Assembly (NCBI GenBank): GCA_963921275.4
Contig: OZ001293.3
Coordinates: forward strand, 1,984,001-2,048,000
Length of the DNA: 64,000 bases
Source: an uncultured Hormoscilla sp.
GTDB lineage: Bacteria; Cyanobacteriota; Cyanobacteriia; Cyanobacteriales; Desertifilaceae
Direction of reading: 5' to 3'
Shown here in pieces: positions 46,621-58,286 of this stretch (positions are counted from its first letter, which is position 1; each line of letters begins with the position of its first letter). The notes beneath the pieces are model-generated. The model was not told where the DNA came from, did not search any database, and was given only the letters and a program-made list of their open reading frames with translations. The position numbers were made by a program, and so were the translations under genes.

Positions 46621-46953
46621 TCACGCCACGGCAAACCCTGTAAATTGTCGCACATATGGCGTTCTAAAGCCCAAAACAATATCTGTTTTAGGTATGCCTA
46701 ATTCTACTAACTGGTTAGCTAGTCCCTCCTCTGTAAAATCTTGTTGAATCCAGATTTTACCATCGTTAATATTGATATGAATGGGGCATCCATGAATTCT
46801 TTCCTCGCCATTCCATCCCACGTATAATAATAAATAGTTGTCCCGGGTCCGATCGAAAACAACTTGAACGTTCTTGGCGTATTGGGGGTTTTGTTCAGCC
46901 GCATGTTGCTGAATAATTTTTTCGATTAACTCTCGGTAATCTATTCTTTCCAT
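46621..46953 (-). CDS. xisI: XisI family protein
   Basis: FDRTRDNYLL..GW...RIHG...H....DGKIWIQQD.TE.G.A..L...GIPK.DIVLGF. Confidence 0.9.
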   Translation of the reverse strand: MERIDYRELIEKIIQQHAAEQNPQYAKNVQVVFDRTRDNYLLLYVGWNGEERIHGCPIHININDGKIWIQQDFTEEGLANQLVELGIPKTDIVLGFRTPYVRQFTGFAVA

Positions 46954-47375
46954 AAGGCGATCTCCTGCTTATCCCTTGTAAATACTAACAATTTCATTGG
47001 CAAGCTATCTATTATTTCTTGAACAAATGGATCTGTAAAAAAACTGTAATAAACCTCCTGGGGAATAGCTAAATACAAAATTCGTTCTGGATCGAGTTTT
47101 TCCAAGGCTTTCTTATAGTTATAAAATTGACCAACAGCCATGTGTAACTCGTAGATTGCAGATAAACCTACAAAGCTTTTGACTTCCACGGCTATCAGAG
47201 ATTATCCCTTTACCGTGCCGGAAAAATCGGCAGAGATTAACTTTTCAGCTCCAAAGTCTATCTTTATTTTAACTCGCTCACTGGGGTTGAGAAATAAAGG
47301 GTCGCTAGTTATTGTCTACCCATCTTTTTCTAAAGCAGAACGCACTGTGTTGTTAAATATATCTTTCGCTGACAT
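46941..47375 (-). pseudogene. xisH: XisH family protein
   Basis: MSAKDIFNNTVRSALEKDG*TITSDPL...IAVEVKSF...AVGQFYNY...LYLAIP; premature TAG and a micro-insertion at about 47205-47228. Confidence 0.85.
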
Positions 47376-47530
47376 TTTATATATACTAAGGATAAGAACT
47401 ACATTTGCTATGGCGAGCGCCGATTCTTTCTATTTACAGATTAACACAAAATGTGGGTAATGACAAGGCCAGAGTCAGGTAAGGAGAGAACGGGGGGGGT
47501 TGGGTTTCGTGGGTCAACCCAACCTACAAG

Positions 47531-49045
47531 CTATTGAAGACAGCGGATAGCTTCCAAAAGACCCCTCGCCTTATTCAGAGTTTCCTCGTACTCCGTCTCC
47601 GGGTCCGAGTCAGCAACCATACCCGCCCCCGCCTGCACGGAAACTGTTTGGTTGCGAACCACCATCGTCCGAATAGTAATAGCGCTATTCAACTGTCCCT
47701 CAAAATCGTAGAAACCGTAGACTCCCGAATATGGACCTCGCCGACAAGCTTCCAGTTCGTGAATAATCTCCATTGCCCGAATTTTCGGCGCACCGCTCAC
47801 AGTCCCAGCGGGGAAACTTGCCTTCAGTAAATCCCACGCATTCCGATCGGGGCGCAGTTCTCCCACCACATTACTCACTATATGCATCACGTGGGAGTAG
47901 CGCTCGATTACCATCAACTCATTCACCTGCACCGTCCCGCTAGTGCAGACCCGCCCTAAGTCATTCCGCCCTAAATCTACTAACATCACGTGTTCCGCCC
48001 TTTCCTTCGGGTCTTGCAATAACTCCTCTGCTAGGGCCACATCTTCTGCATGGGTTTTGCCTCGGCGTCGCGTTCCCGCGATCGGGCGCAGAGTCGCGAT
48101 CTTATTTCCAGTAGGTGCCTTTTCGGCCTTAACCATCACCTCTGGAGAGGAACCGATTATTTGCCAATCGCCAAAGTTAAAATAAGCCATGTAAGGGGAA
48201 GGATTAATCAGGCGCAGCGATCGATAAAGGGCAAAAGGTTCCCCAGTATAGGCAGTGGTGAGCCGTTGGGAGAGGGCAACTTGAAAAATATCCCCTGCGT
48301 AGATATAATCCTTAGCCTTCTGGACATTAGCACAGAACTTTTCCTTGGGCGTATTGCTAGAGTAACTCAATTCTCTATTTCCGGCAGTACCTGGAGGACT
48401 CCATTGCCAAAACGCATCTTTCCCAGATACAGCATCGGAATGGAGTTTGTTTACCATTGCCTTGACCCGATCGCAGGCTTGCTGATAAACTGCCGACAAG
48501 TTCTGCTCTTGTTCCCGCAGGTCCGCATAAGCAACAGCCCAGATTTTCCGCTTCACCTGGTCGAAAATCAGCAGCTGGTCCATCTGCATCCACAACCCAT
48601 CTGGCAGTTCCTCCTCTTCCGGTGGATACACTGGCATTCTAGGTTCAATCCAGCGGATCAGTTCGTAACCCCAGAACCCGAAGAACCCGCCAATTCCGGG
48701 GGGTAACTGGGGTAATTTTACTGGACGATAGGGTTCCAGACATTGGGCCATGATGGCAAAAGGGTCCCCTGAAAAGCTGTCTCGCGCCCCATCCCGCCAA
48801 GTCCGAGTCGTACTATTGCCCCTTGCTTCTAAGACCCACAGGGGGTCGCAACCTATAAAACTGTAGCGTGCCAGGTGTTCGCCGCCTTCGACAGATTCCA
48901 GCAGAAAATTATATGGATAACCGGCGCATACCTTATACCAAGCAGAAACAGGGGTATCCAGGTCAGCCACCCATTCACGGTAGACCGGGACAAAATTACC
49001 TTGTTGAGCGAGTTCTGTAAACTGGGAGAAATCTGGAAAAATCAT
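47531..49045 (-). CDS. trpE: Anthranilate synthase component I
   Basis: FLLESVEGGE, GDIFQV, NPSPYM, RPIAGTR, AEHVMLVDLGRND, SGAPKIRAM. Confidence 0.96.
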   Translation of the reverse strand: MIFPDFSQFTELAQQGNFVPVYREWVADLDTPVSAWYKVCAGYPYNFLLESVEGGEHLARYSFIGCDPLWVLEARGNSTTRTWRDGARDSFSGDPFAIMAQCLEPYRPVKLPQLPPGIGGFFGFWGYELIRWIEPRMPVYPPEEEELPDGLWMQMDQLLIFDQVKRKIWAVAYADLREQEQNLSAVYQQACDRVKAMVNKLHSDAVSGKDAFWQWSPPGTAGNRELSYSSNTPKEKFCANVQKAKDYIYAGDIFQVALSQRLTTAYTGEPFALYRSLRLINPSPYMAYFNFGDWQIIGSSPEVMVKAEKAPTGNKIATLRPIAGTRRRGKTHAEDVALAEELLQDPKERAEHVMLVDLGRNDLGRVCTSGTVQVNELMVIERYSHVMHIVSNVVGELRPDRNAWDLLKASFPAGTVSGAPKIRAMEIIHELEACRRGPYSGVYGFYDFEGQLNSAITIRTMVVRNQTVSVQAGAGMVADSDPETEYEETLNKARGLLEAIRCLQ

Positions 49046-49171
49046 CTGGGTTATGGGGGTTGGACTTACCGACCGCGTGCGAGAGTGATATCGCGTCCGC
49101 TGCTAACAACGATAGCGTAGAAATAGCCTTACAATTTGATTTCCATGCCAACATGCGAGGAGAATTTGCCA

Positions 49172-51781
49172 ATGCTAAAAGCATATCGTCAACATGTGGC
49201 CGATCGGGCAGCAATGGGGATCCCGCCCCTGCCCCTAGATGCCCAGCAGACTGCCGATCTGTGCGAACTGCTGAAATATCCTCAACCTGGGGAAGAAGAA
49301 ACCCTGATGGCCTTATTGCGCGATCGGGTGCCCCCTGGGGTAGATGAGGCCGCCTACGTGAAAGCTGGCTTTCTCACCGCCGTGGCCAAGCGGGAAATTA
49401 CCTGTCCTCTGATCGTGCCCCAGGGGGCGATCGACCTCTTAGGGACAATGGTAGGGGGCTACAACGTGCAATCCTTAGTGGAGTTTCTCAAGTCTAGCAA
49501 CGCCAACCTGGCAGTTGGGGCCGCCACCGCCCTGAGTAAGATGACCTTGGTGTTTGATGCCTTTAACGAAATCTTGGAACTCTCGGAAGTCAACCCCTAC
49601 GCCAAGCAAGTAATTGACGCCTGGGCCAATGGGGCCTGGTTCATCCGCCGTCCCCAGGTGCCAGAAGCTATTCAGGTAACGGTGTTTAAGGTACAGGGAG
49701 AGACCAATACCGACGACCTCTCCCCCGCCACCCATGCTACCACCCGCCCGGACATCCCCTTACATGCCTTGTCCATGTTGGAAGCCCGCATGCCCGGGGC
49801 CCTAGAAACCATCGCTCAGTTGAAAGAAAAAGGACATCCCGTCGCCTATGTCGGAGATGTGGTGGGAACCGGTTCCTCCCGCAAATCTGCCATTAACTCT
49901 TTACTCTGGCATATCGGTAATGATATTCCCGACGTGCCCAACAAGCGGGCTGGAGGCTATATTTTGGGAGGCGCGATCGCCCCCATCTTCTTCAACACCG
50001 CTGAGGACTCTGGGGCCTTGCCCATCGAATGTGATGTCACCCAGATGGAAACGGGCATGGTAATTACAATCCATCCCTACAAAGGGGAAATTACCAACGA
50101 AGCAGGGGAAGTCATCTCCACTTTCACCCTCAAGCCCGAAACTATTTTAGATGAAGTGCGAGCCGGGGGACGCATTCCCTTACTAATTGGCCGCAGTCTC
50201 ACGGACAAAACCCGGGAAGCATTAGGATATGAACCCAGTCCTTTGTTTACTCGTCCCCGGATGCCCGCAGATACTGGCAAAGGTTTTACTTTGGCACAGA
50301 AAATGGTGGGGAAAGCTTGTGGTTTACCAGGAATTCGTCCGGGAACCGCTTGCGAACCCATTATGACCACAGTTGGTTCCCAGGATACCACGGGACCGAT
50401 GACCAGGGACGAATTAAAAGAACTCGCCTGTCTCGGTTTCAGCGCCGACTTAGTCATGCAGAGTTTCTGCCATACAGCAGCATATCCCAAACCCACAGAC
50501 ATTAAAGTCCATAAAAGTTTACCCGATTTCTTCTTTACAAGGGGTGGAGTCGCCTTGCGTCCGGGTGATGGCATTATCCACTCCTGGTTGAACCGCATGT
50601 TGCTACCGGATACCGTCGGCACCGGGGGCGACTCCCACACCCGTTTTCCCCTCGGAATTTCCTTTCCAGCGGGTTCGGGGTTAGTCGCCTTCGCCGCCGC
50701 ATTAGGGGTAATGCCCTTAGACATGCCAGAATCAGTTTTACTGCGGTTCCAGGGAGAATTGCAACCCGGAGTCACCCTGCGGGATATCGTGAATGCCATT
50801 CCATACGTAGCCATCCAGAAGGGGTTGCTAACCGTGGCCAAAGAAAACAAGAAGAACGTCTTTTCTGGACGGATCTTGGAAATGGAAGGTTTGCCCGATT
50901 TGAAAGTGGAACAGGCTTTTGAACTCACCGATGCCACAGCGGAACGTTCTTGTGCCGGATGTGTTGTGAAGTTGGGAACTGAAACTGTTTCGGAATATTT
51001 GCGATCGAACGTAGTCCTATTAAAGAATATGGTAGCGCGGGGCTATCAGGATGGGCGGAACATCATGCGCCGGGTAGCCAAGATGGAACGATGGTTAGTA
51101 AATCCCGAATTAATGTCGGCAGATGGGGATGCCGAGTACGCAGAAGTGATTGAAGTCAATCTTAAGGAGATTAAGGAACCCATTGTCGCCGCCCCCAACG
51201 ATCCAGATAACGTGAAATTAATGTCAGAATGTGCGGGGGACAAAATCCATGAAGTGTTCATCGGTTCTTGCATGACGAACATCGGTCATTATCGGGCCGC
51301 AGCCAAGGTGTTAGAAAATGCCGGACCGGTAAAGGTGCGGCTGTGGATTTGTCCGCCCACGCGCATGGACGAAAAGCAGTTGCGAGAAGAAGGACGGTAC
51401 GGAATTTTTGCCGCCGCCGGGGCGCGAACGGAAATGCCAGGATGTTCCTTATGTATGGGAAATCAGGCGCGAGTAGAAGATGGGGTGACGGTATTTTCCA
51501 CTTCGACCCGTAATTTCAAAAATCGCATGGGTAAAGGTGCGCAAGTGTATCTGGGTTCAGCGGAATTGGCAGTAGTTTGCGCACTCTTAGGACGCATTCC
51601 CACAGTAGAGGAATACATGGAGATTGTCAAGGAGAAGATTGACCCATTTGCCGGTGACTTGTATCGCTATTTGAACTTCGATCGAATTGCCGGATTCGAG
51701 GATGAAGGTCGGGTGATACCATTGGAAGAGATGCCCAAGATTGAGGAGATTTTGGGAATGCCAGTCGCGGCTGGAAAGTAG
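49172..51781 (+). CDS. acnB: Aconitate hydratase B
   Basis: [50 protein letters not shown]; start at ATG 49172 after GAGGAG. Confidence 0.97.
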   Translation: MLKAYRQHVADRAAMGIPPLPLDAQQTADLCELLKYPQPGEEETLMALLRDRVPPGVDEAAYVKAGFLTAVAKREITCPLIVPQGAIDLLGTMVGGYNVQSLVEFLKSSNANLAVGAATALSKMTLVFDAFNEILELSEVNPYAKQVIDAWANGAWFIRRPQVPEAIQVTVFKVQGETNTDDLSPATHATTRPDIPLHALSMLEARMPGALETIAQLKEKGHPVAYVGDVVGTGSSRKSAINSLLWHIGNDIPDVPNKRAGGYILGGAIAPIFFNTAEDSGALPIECDVTQMETGMVITIHPYKGEITNEAGEVISTFTLKPETILDEVRAGGRIPLLIGRSLTDKTREALGYEPSPLFTRPRMPADTGKGFTLAQKMVGKACGLPGIRPGTACEPIMTTVGSQDTTGPMTRDELKELACLGFSADLVMQSFCHTAAYPKPTDIKVHKSLPDFFFTRGGVALRPGDGIIHSWLNRMLLPDTVGTGGDSHTRFPLGISFPAGSGLVAFAAALGVMPLDMPESVLLRFQGELQPGVTLRDIVNAIPYVAIQKGLLTVAKENKKNVFSGRILEMEGLPDLKVEQAFELTDATAERSCAGCVVKLGTETVSEYLRSNVVLLKNMVARGYQDGRNIMRRVAKMERWLVNPELMSADGDAEYAEVIEVNLKEIKEPIVAAPNDPDNVKLMSECAGDKIHEVFIGSCMTNIGHYRAAAKVLENAGPVKVRLWICPPTRMDEKQLREEGRYGIFAAAGARTEMPGCSLCMGNQARVEDGVTVFSTSTRNFKNRMGKGAQVYLGSAELAVVCALLGRIPTVEEYMEIVKEKIDPFAGDLYRYLNFDRIAGFEDEGRVIPLEEMPKIEEILGMPVAAGK

Positions 51782-51801
51782 TATAATAGTAGGGTGGGTA
51801 A

Positions 51802-52541
51802 ATTAGGGGTAACGAGCGGGCAAATCGCTTTCCAACCCTCCCATTCAAAACCGTGCATGCGACTTTCACCGCACCATACTTGTGGGTAGTAGGTCCTTGT
51901 CATAGGTAGGATTACTAGAGATTACTCTCATTGTTCCTTGTCTTATGTGATTTTGCTCCTTCACTGGTTGGTGAGTGGCGCTGCCGGATAACCTTTAGTA
52001 TCACCATTTTCACGTCCGTTTTACCAGTAATTTATTCCTCATCACTTCGCAGTGAAGGGCTGATAACGTTTTAGAGCTACTTTTACCCGAGACTTCCTAC
52101 TATCACCCACCCACGTCTGCTTATCCTAGACATTACTCCAGGCATTTGCTGGGCCATCTCTCTACCCGTGACTTGCGCTATGCGCTGCGCGCACGCTACG
52201 CGGACGCACATCTGACTGGTCCAAGAGGACAGTACAGGAGTAGTTACTTCGTTCCCTGATATCCGGAGCAGCCCTAGGCCTAAAGGCCAGGGCTACATGA
52301 ACGAAGCCCGCCTGCGCGGGCTGGATTTGACGAGGCTTACATGAATTTGCTTGTTCTGACCTTGGACATCTAACAAGCGCGGCGTCACCGACTTAGGCTG
52401 TCAGCTATCCTACATTTAAGTCCTCGGGAGGCACCACGGTGATGTTACTCCGCAGCACCTCACGCGGTTACCCCCGCGCCTGGGGAGAGGGAATTTAATC
52501 CCCATGAATATCAGAGTTCCTAGTTTCCTAGGCTAGCGTTC
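51802..52541 (-). ncRNA. Group II intron copy 4, ORF-less and decayed
   Basis: Domain V/VI GGTGCGGTGAAAGTCGCATGCACGGTTTT...CCCCTAAT with an altered triad and 5' stem; domain I homologous to the other copies; about 30 nt at the 5' end missing; EBS region replaced by a REP. Confidence 0.85.
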
Positions 52542-52717
52542 CCAGTGATTTGAAACAGACGACTTATGAAGTTCACAAGCAAAAGGTTTCATTGGATAAA
52601 AAACGAATCAAAACTTGCAGCGAATCTGTGGATGCGATTATAAGTCGATTGTAGTTTATTTGAAGTAGCATAATAGTAGGGTGGGCACCGAAAAATCAAA
52701 ATAAGACAAAAGATGAT

Positions 52718-53620
52718 TTGGATATGGTTGAAAAAAGGTACAGCGTGGTAAGTATATTTAGTGGTTGCGGAGGCTTAGATTTAGGATTTAAACAGAAAGG
52801 CTTCGATTTAGTATATGCTTGCGATATTGACCCGAAGGCGGTAGACTGCTATAGCAGAAATATTGAACGATATATCTTTTGCTGGGACGTGCGTAAAGCT
52901 GAATTTCATGCAGATATTGCCGCTATAGGTAGTTGCGATTTGGTGTTAGGGGGCTTTCCGTGCCAAGGATTTTCTAAAGCTGGTCCCAAAAATGTCAAGG
53001 ATCCGCGCAATCTTATCTATAGAGAAATGTATCAGGCGATCGCCAGACTCTGCCCCCACCTCTTTATAGCTGAGAATGTAGACGGCATTTCCCAAAACTT
53101 TGCCGGTGCGTATATCGAACTGATTGTCAAGGAATTTGAACAGATTGGTTATGATGTAGAATATCGCATCCTGGACGCAGCAGCTTTTGGACTTCCTCAA
53201 CACCGCAGACGCATCTTTTTTGTGGGTGTAAGACAGCCATCAAACTATAAATTCCAGTGGCCCGAAGCAACTCATGCAGTCAAAACCCGTAACGGTGAAT
53301 TTAAGATATCCTCGATAAGTATAGAACAGTTACCGCTGTTTCAGTGGGCAAGTAAAAACGGAATATCATTACCAATTCGCACTATTAAGGATGCGATCGC
53401 CGACTTGGTAGAACTAGACGACTGCATTCCAGATCATCAAGTCACTAATGCTTGGTCCCAGAAGTACGAAGTCATTTTTAAGGCGATCGAACCAGGACAA
53501 AAGCTGTGCAATGTCAAACATGCTGCCACATCGGTATATACATGGGAAATTCCCGAATTTTTTGGTCTAGTTACCCAGCGCGAACGGACTATTCTGGAAA
53601 CCATATCCAAGTATCGGCGG
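52718..53620 (+). pseudogene. C5 cytosine DNA methyltransferase, 3' truncated
   Basis: FSGCGG, GGFPCQGFS, ENV, QHRRRIF; lacks motifs IX/X and runs into the Ig-like repeat array at 53621. Confidence 0.85.
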
Positions 53621-55481
53621 CACCAGTTGCTACAGATGACTTCGCCACCGTGGAGTTGGGAACCAGTGAAACAATTGAGGTATTGGCAAATGACGCCGAT
53701 CCTAATGGGGATGATCTGTTAATTACAGGCTTCTCTTCAAATTCACTTCAGGGAGGTGCGATCGCCCGCGATGGTAATCGTCTGCGCTATACTCCAGCAG
53801 ATGGTTTTCGCGGTAATGACAGCTTCCGATACAGTATTGGTGACAGCAATGGCGGAACCTCCAGCGCAATTGTGAATATAACGGTGCCGAATACACCACC
53901 AGTTGCTACAGATGACTTCGCCACCGTGGAGTTGGGAACCAGTGAAACAATTGAGGTATTGGCAAATGACAGGGATCCTAATGGGGATGATCTGTTAATT
54001 ACAGGCTTCTCTTCAAATTCACTTCAGAGAGGTGCGATCGCCCGCGATGGTAATCGTCTGCGCTATACTCCAGCAGATGGTTTTCGCGGTAATGACAGCT
54101 TCCGATACAGTATTGGTGACGGCAATGGCGGAACCTCCAGCGCAATTGTGAATATAACGGTGCCGAATGCACCACCAGTTGCTACAGATGACTTCGCCAC
54201 CGTGGAGTTGGGAACCAGTGAAACAATTGAGGTATTGGCAAATGACAGGGATCCTAATGGGGATGATCTGTTAATTACAGGCTTCTCTTCAAATTCACTT
54301 CAGGGAGGTGCGATCGCCCGCGATGGTAATCGTCTGCGCTATACTCCAGCAGATGGTTTTCGCGGTAATGACAGCTTCCGATACAGTATTGGTGACGGCA
54401 ATGGCGGAACCTCCAGCGCAATTGTGAATATAACGGTGCCGAATGCACCACCAGTTGCTACAGATGACTTCGCCACCGTGGAGTTGGGAACCAGTGAAAC
54501 AATTGAGGTATTGGCAAATGACAGGGATCCTAATGGGGTGATCTGTTAATTACAGGCTTCTCTTCAAATTCACTTCAGGGAGGTGCGATCGCCCGCGATG
54601 GTAATCGTCTGCGCTATACTCCAGCAGGTGGTTTTCGCGGTGATGACAGTTTTGAGTACAGTATTAGTGACGGCAATGGCGGAACCGCCACCGCAACTGT
54701 GAATATAACGGTGTCGAATCAAGCACCAGTTGCTGCAGATGACTTCGCCGCCGTGGAGTTGGGAACCAGTGAAACAATTGAGGTATTGGCAAATGACAGG
54801 GATCCTAATGGGGATGATCTGTTAATTACAGGCTTCTCTTCAAATTCACTTCAGGGAGGTGCGATCGCGCTTACTGATCAGCTAGGTCTGCGCTATACTC
54901 CAGCAGGTGGTTTTGGCGGTACAGACAGTTTTGAGTACAGTATTAGTGACGGCAATGGCGGAACCGCCAGCGCAACTGTGAATATAACGGTGCCGAATCA
55001 ACCACCAGTTGCTGTAAATGACGAGGCCACCGTGAATTTGGGAGAAACTGTCACAATTGAGGTATTGGCAAATGACACCGATCCCAATGGGGATAGTCTG
55101 TCAATTACAGGTTTCAGTGCTCCTCAAGGAAATCTTCTAGGAAGTACGGTCGCCCAAAATGGTAATACTTTGAGCTATAGTATACCAATAGTTTTGCTAA
55201 AAGTTAGTGATCGTTTTACCTACACTATTAGTGACGGCAATGGCGGAACCTCCAGCGCAACTGTGAATATAACTGTGCCGAATCAACCACCAGTCATTAT
55301 TCCACCAGTCATTATTCCAGTCTTGGAAATGGATCCCAGTTTAGCTAGGATAGATGATCATGGCACTGCTGGAGAGCATGATACCATCGGGCTTGCTTTT
55401 CCATCTACATCCGTAGATGTCTTGATGATCCAATCCAATACGGTCTTGGATAAGGATCTGACTTCCCTTCCGCTACCCTAA
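53621..55481 (+). pseudogene. Cadherin-like / bacterial Ig-like tandem repeat surface protein remnant
   Basis: Units of about 276 bp start at 53621, 53897, 54173, 54449, 54724 and 55003 (PVATDD...IEVLAND.DPNGD.L.I...YTP..GF.G.DSF.Y.I.DGNGG); 1-nt deletion at about 54538; no 5' end. Confidence 0.85.
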
Positions 55482-55618
55482 AGGGTAGGACTACAAGAAC
55501 TAAGCCCGCCTGTGCGGACTTAGGGTTAGCGACTATAAGGAGGAGGATCCTGACTTAGTCACAGATCGGATCCGATTGCTTATAATTGAGAAGTATCTTT
55601 CGGTAAAGAGAATAGCAT

Positions 55619-57179
55619 ATGACTTGGGATGTAGACGGCAATGGCAGATTGGACGCACTGACTGACGGAGGGTTGATAGTGCGTTATCTGTTTGGGTTGA
55701 CAGGTGAAGCCCTGACCAGGAACGCGATCGCTCCCAATGCAGCCAGAAGGACAGCAGATCAGATAACAGAATACCTAAGATCCATCCGTGACGAACTGGA
55801 TATAGATGGGAATGGCAATATAGACGCCTTGACTGACGGAATTTTGTATTTGCGGTATCTGTTAGGGTTTACCGGTGAGGATTTGACTTCAGGGGCTGTT
55901 GCTAGAGATGCGACGCGGAGGAACGCTGAGCAGATTGTCGCGTACCTGCTGGGGCCAATAGACCCTCCCTCTCGGGAACTGCATTTGTTTGAAGGTGCTT
56001 TCTTTGATGTTATCTTTAACTATACAGACCATCCCACGATCGATGTAGATGCAGTTCTAGATCGGCTACAAAACACGGATGACCCCAGTATTATTGGCCA
56101 GCAGTTCGTTGCAGTTGCTTTTAATCCGTCAGTCGCAACCGATAGCAGGGAAGTTAGTCAAATTCAGGAACTGCATGCGTTTGGAGATGCTTCCTTTGAT
56201 GTTACCTTTAACCTTTTGAAAGCATCGAATCAACCACCAGTTGCTGCAGATGACTTCGCCGCCGTGGAGTTGGGAACCACTGCCACAATTGACGTATTGG
56301 CAAATGACAGGGATCCTAATGGGGATGATCTGTTAATTACAGGCTTCTCTTCAAATTCACTTCAGGGAGGTGCGATCGCCAGCGATGGTAATGGTCTGCG
56401 CTATACTCCAGCAGATGGTTTTCGCGGTACAATACTCCGGACAGTTTTTAGACCCTATTTCGACTACAACACAAGGGTTGCAGCCAAAAGCGCCTTATTT
56501 TTTTCAATGTCTGCCCCAGGGCTAACTTGCCTAAAATTGCTCTATCGAGCAAAGGCTGACGCTGCGATGCGCGAGGGGTAGTGCGAGTAGCGCGCCCCGA
56601 GTGCATCGCAAGGCTTGCAGCTACGTACAGCCAAAACGGTCCGGACTATTGCGCGGTAATGACAGTTTTCAGTACAGTATTAGTGACGGCAATGGCGGAA
56701 CCTCCAGCGCAACTGTGAATATAACGGTGCTAAATCAGATTATTGGTAATAATCTTCTCACCAGCGAGACTGGAATGCGAGAAACCCTAGAAGGTGGCGC
56801 TGGGAGTGATATCATAATTGGTAACCGTGGTTCGGACATTTTATTGGGAGGCGCAGGTGCTGATGTATTTGTGTACAATAGCTTAGCTGACAGCGGCGCA
56901 GACCCAGATGCACCCCTTGAAGGCGGCGATGATATTCTTGACTTCAATCCAGCAGAGGATACAATCCGGTTCAACTTTGAGGTAGCTCCTGGAAGGCCAG
57001 TCTCTATTGATGACATACAGATTAATACTGAATTCATCAGTTTTGGCGCGGCTATAATTGGTGTTTCGACTCCTAATACTCCACGGGATTTTCTCCCCGA
57101 GCAATTTGTGATTACTTTGGCCAACTTAGATCAAACAACTACTGAGGCAAGAATCCGCAGCAGTATCCAATTCGGCTAG
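55619..57179 (+). pseudogene. Surface protein with DxDGNG (dockerin-like) repeats, one Ig-like unit and an RTX-type C-terminus, interrupted by a MITE
   Basis: Two copies of D.DGNG..DALTDG....RYL.G.TG; LEGGAGSDIIIGNRGSDILLGGAGADVF; the frame is restored by removing 56430-56658. Confidence 0.8.
56430..56651. mobile_element. 222-bp MITE containing a 44-bp hairpin element (56565-56608)
   Basis: Inverted repeats CAATACTCCGGACAGTTTT / AAAACGGTCCGGACTATTG; 7-bp TSD CGCGGTA; the empty site is visible in sister repeats (TTTCGCGGTAATGAC). Confidence 0.9.
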
Positions 57180-57428
57180 TTTATAATCGATTAGTAAATC
57201 GCTGGTCTTTTTGAGCAAAAGACAATACCCTGGATGCTTGTAGTCTGGACTTGACCGCCATTGACGATACCGGCATCCAGGGTATTGAGATCCTAGACCT
57301 GAATAGTGGAGGTAATAGCTTAACCCTGGAAGTCAGCAAATTGCCATATCTCTGATATGGCTGCGCTCCCGTAGGGATATAGCTACGCTCCCGTAGAGAT
57401 ACGGAAAGCAGCTTAACAGTACTTAAAT

Positions 57429-58286
57429 ATGCCGACCTTCCTGCCTGTACGTCAAACCCTCTCCTTAACAGATATTCAACTTTCTTACTTGGAGTGGCAC
57501 CAAGGCGATCGACCTTTACTACTTTTACATGGTTTGGCCGACCACGCCCTCGTTTGGTCCAGTTTGGCAGATTACCTGGCCTCAAATTACCGCATAGTTG
57601 CACCGGATATGCGCGGTCATGGGGAAAGTAGTAAGCCTGACTTTGGCTATACTTTTAAAGAGGCGATCGCGGATCTGGAAGCCTTAATGGACCATCTGGG
57701 ATGGTCTGACGCCCATGTTATCGGTCATTCTTGGACGGGAAAATTAGCACCCATCTGGGCGAAGAAAAATCCACAACGCTTGCGCAGCATGATTTTGGTC
57801 GATCCCATTTTCATCTGGAAAATGCCCAGCTTCTTTAAATTAACCTTCCCCATCTTATACAGGGTATTGCCCTTTCTCAAGGGCATGGGACCATTTGCTA
57901 GCTATGCAGAGGCGGAGGCGCAAGCGCGAGAGTTCAAGCAATACAAGGGTTGGAGTTCCATACAGCAGCAAGTATTTCAAGCTAGCATTGAGGAAAAACC
58001 AGATGGTCGTTGGGGTAGCAAATTTGTTATCCCGGCCAGGAATCAGATTTTTGAGGACGTGATGCGCGTACCGGGACTAACGGATCCCATTGACATCCCG
58101 ACACTGTTCGTACAGCCAGAAAAAGGTGTTAATCGCTTGGATTGGCAGCTCAAACCCTATAGTACCTATCTGACAAACCTGCGCATTTGTCAAGTTCCTG
58201 GCAATCATTGGCCCTTTTTGGTTCAACCTGATGCATTTAACCGTACTGTCGAGGATTTCTTGGACGAACAGGCGGGAAAGAGGTAA
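57429..58286 (+). CDS. Alpha/beta fold hydrolase
   Basis: LLLLHGL, APDMRGHGES, GHSWTG nucleophile elbow, GNHW. Confidence 0.9.
   Translation: MPTFLPVRQTLSLTDIQLSYLEWHQGDRPLLLLHGLADHALVWSSLADYLASNYRIVAPDMRGHGESSKPDFGYTFKEAIADLEALMDHLGWSDAHVIGHSWTGKLAPIWAKKNPQRLRSMILVDPIFIWKMPSFFKLTFPILYRVLPFLKGMGPFASYAEAEAQAREFKQYKGWSSIQQQVFQASIEEKPDGRWGSKFVIPARNQIFEDVMRVPGLTDPIDIPTLFVQPEKGVNRLDWQLKPYSTYLTNLRICQVPGNHWPFLVQPDAFNRTVEDFLDEQAGKR

Noticed and set aside
50077..50937. 286-aa ORF antisense to acnB, and similar shadows on trpE, bioU and mutS2
   Set aside because: Antisense to well-conserved genes, with no motifs.
53506..53722. Functional methyltransferase-adhesin fusion
   Set aside because: The two parts are out of frame and both are truncated.
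53621..55300. CRISPR array (also considered for 31200-32100 and 23040-23160)
   Set aside because: The repeats are contiguous coding or REP units without unique spacers, and there are no cas genes.
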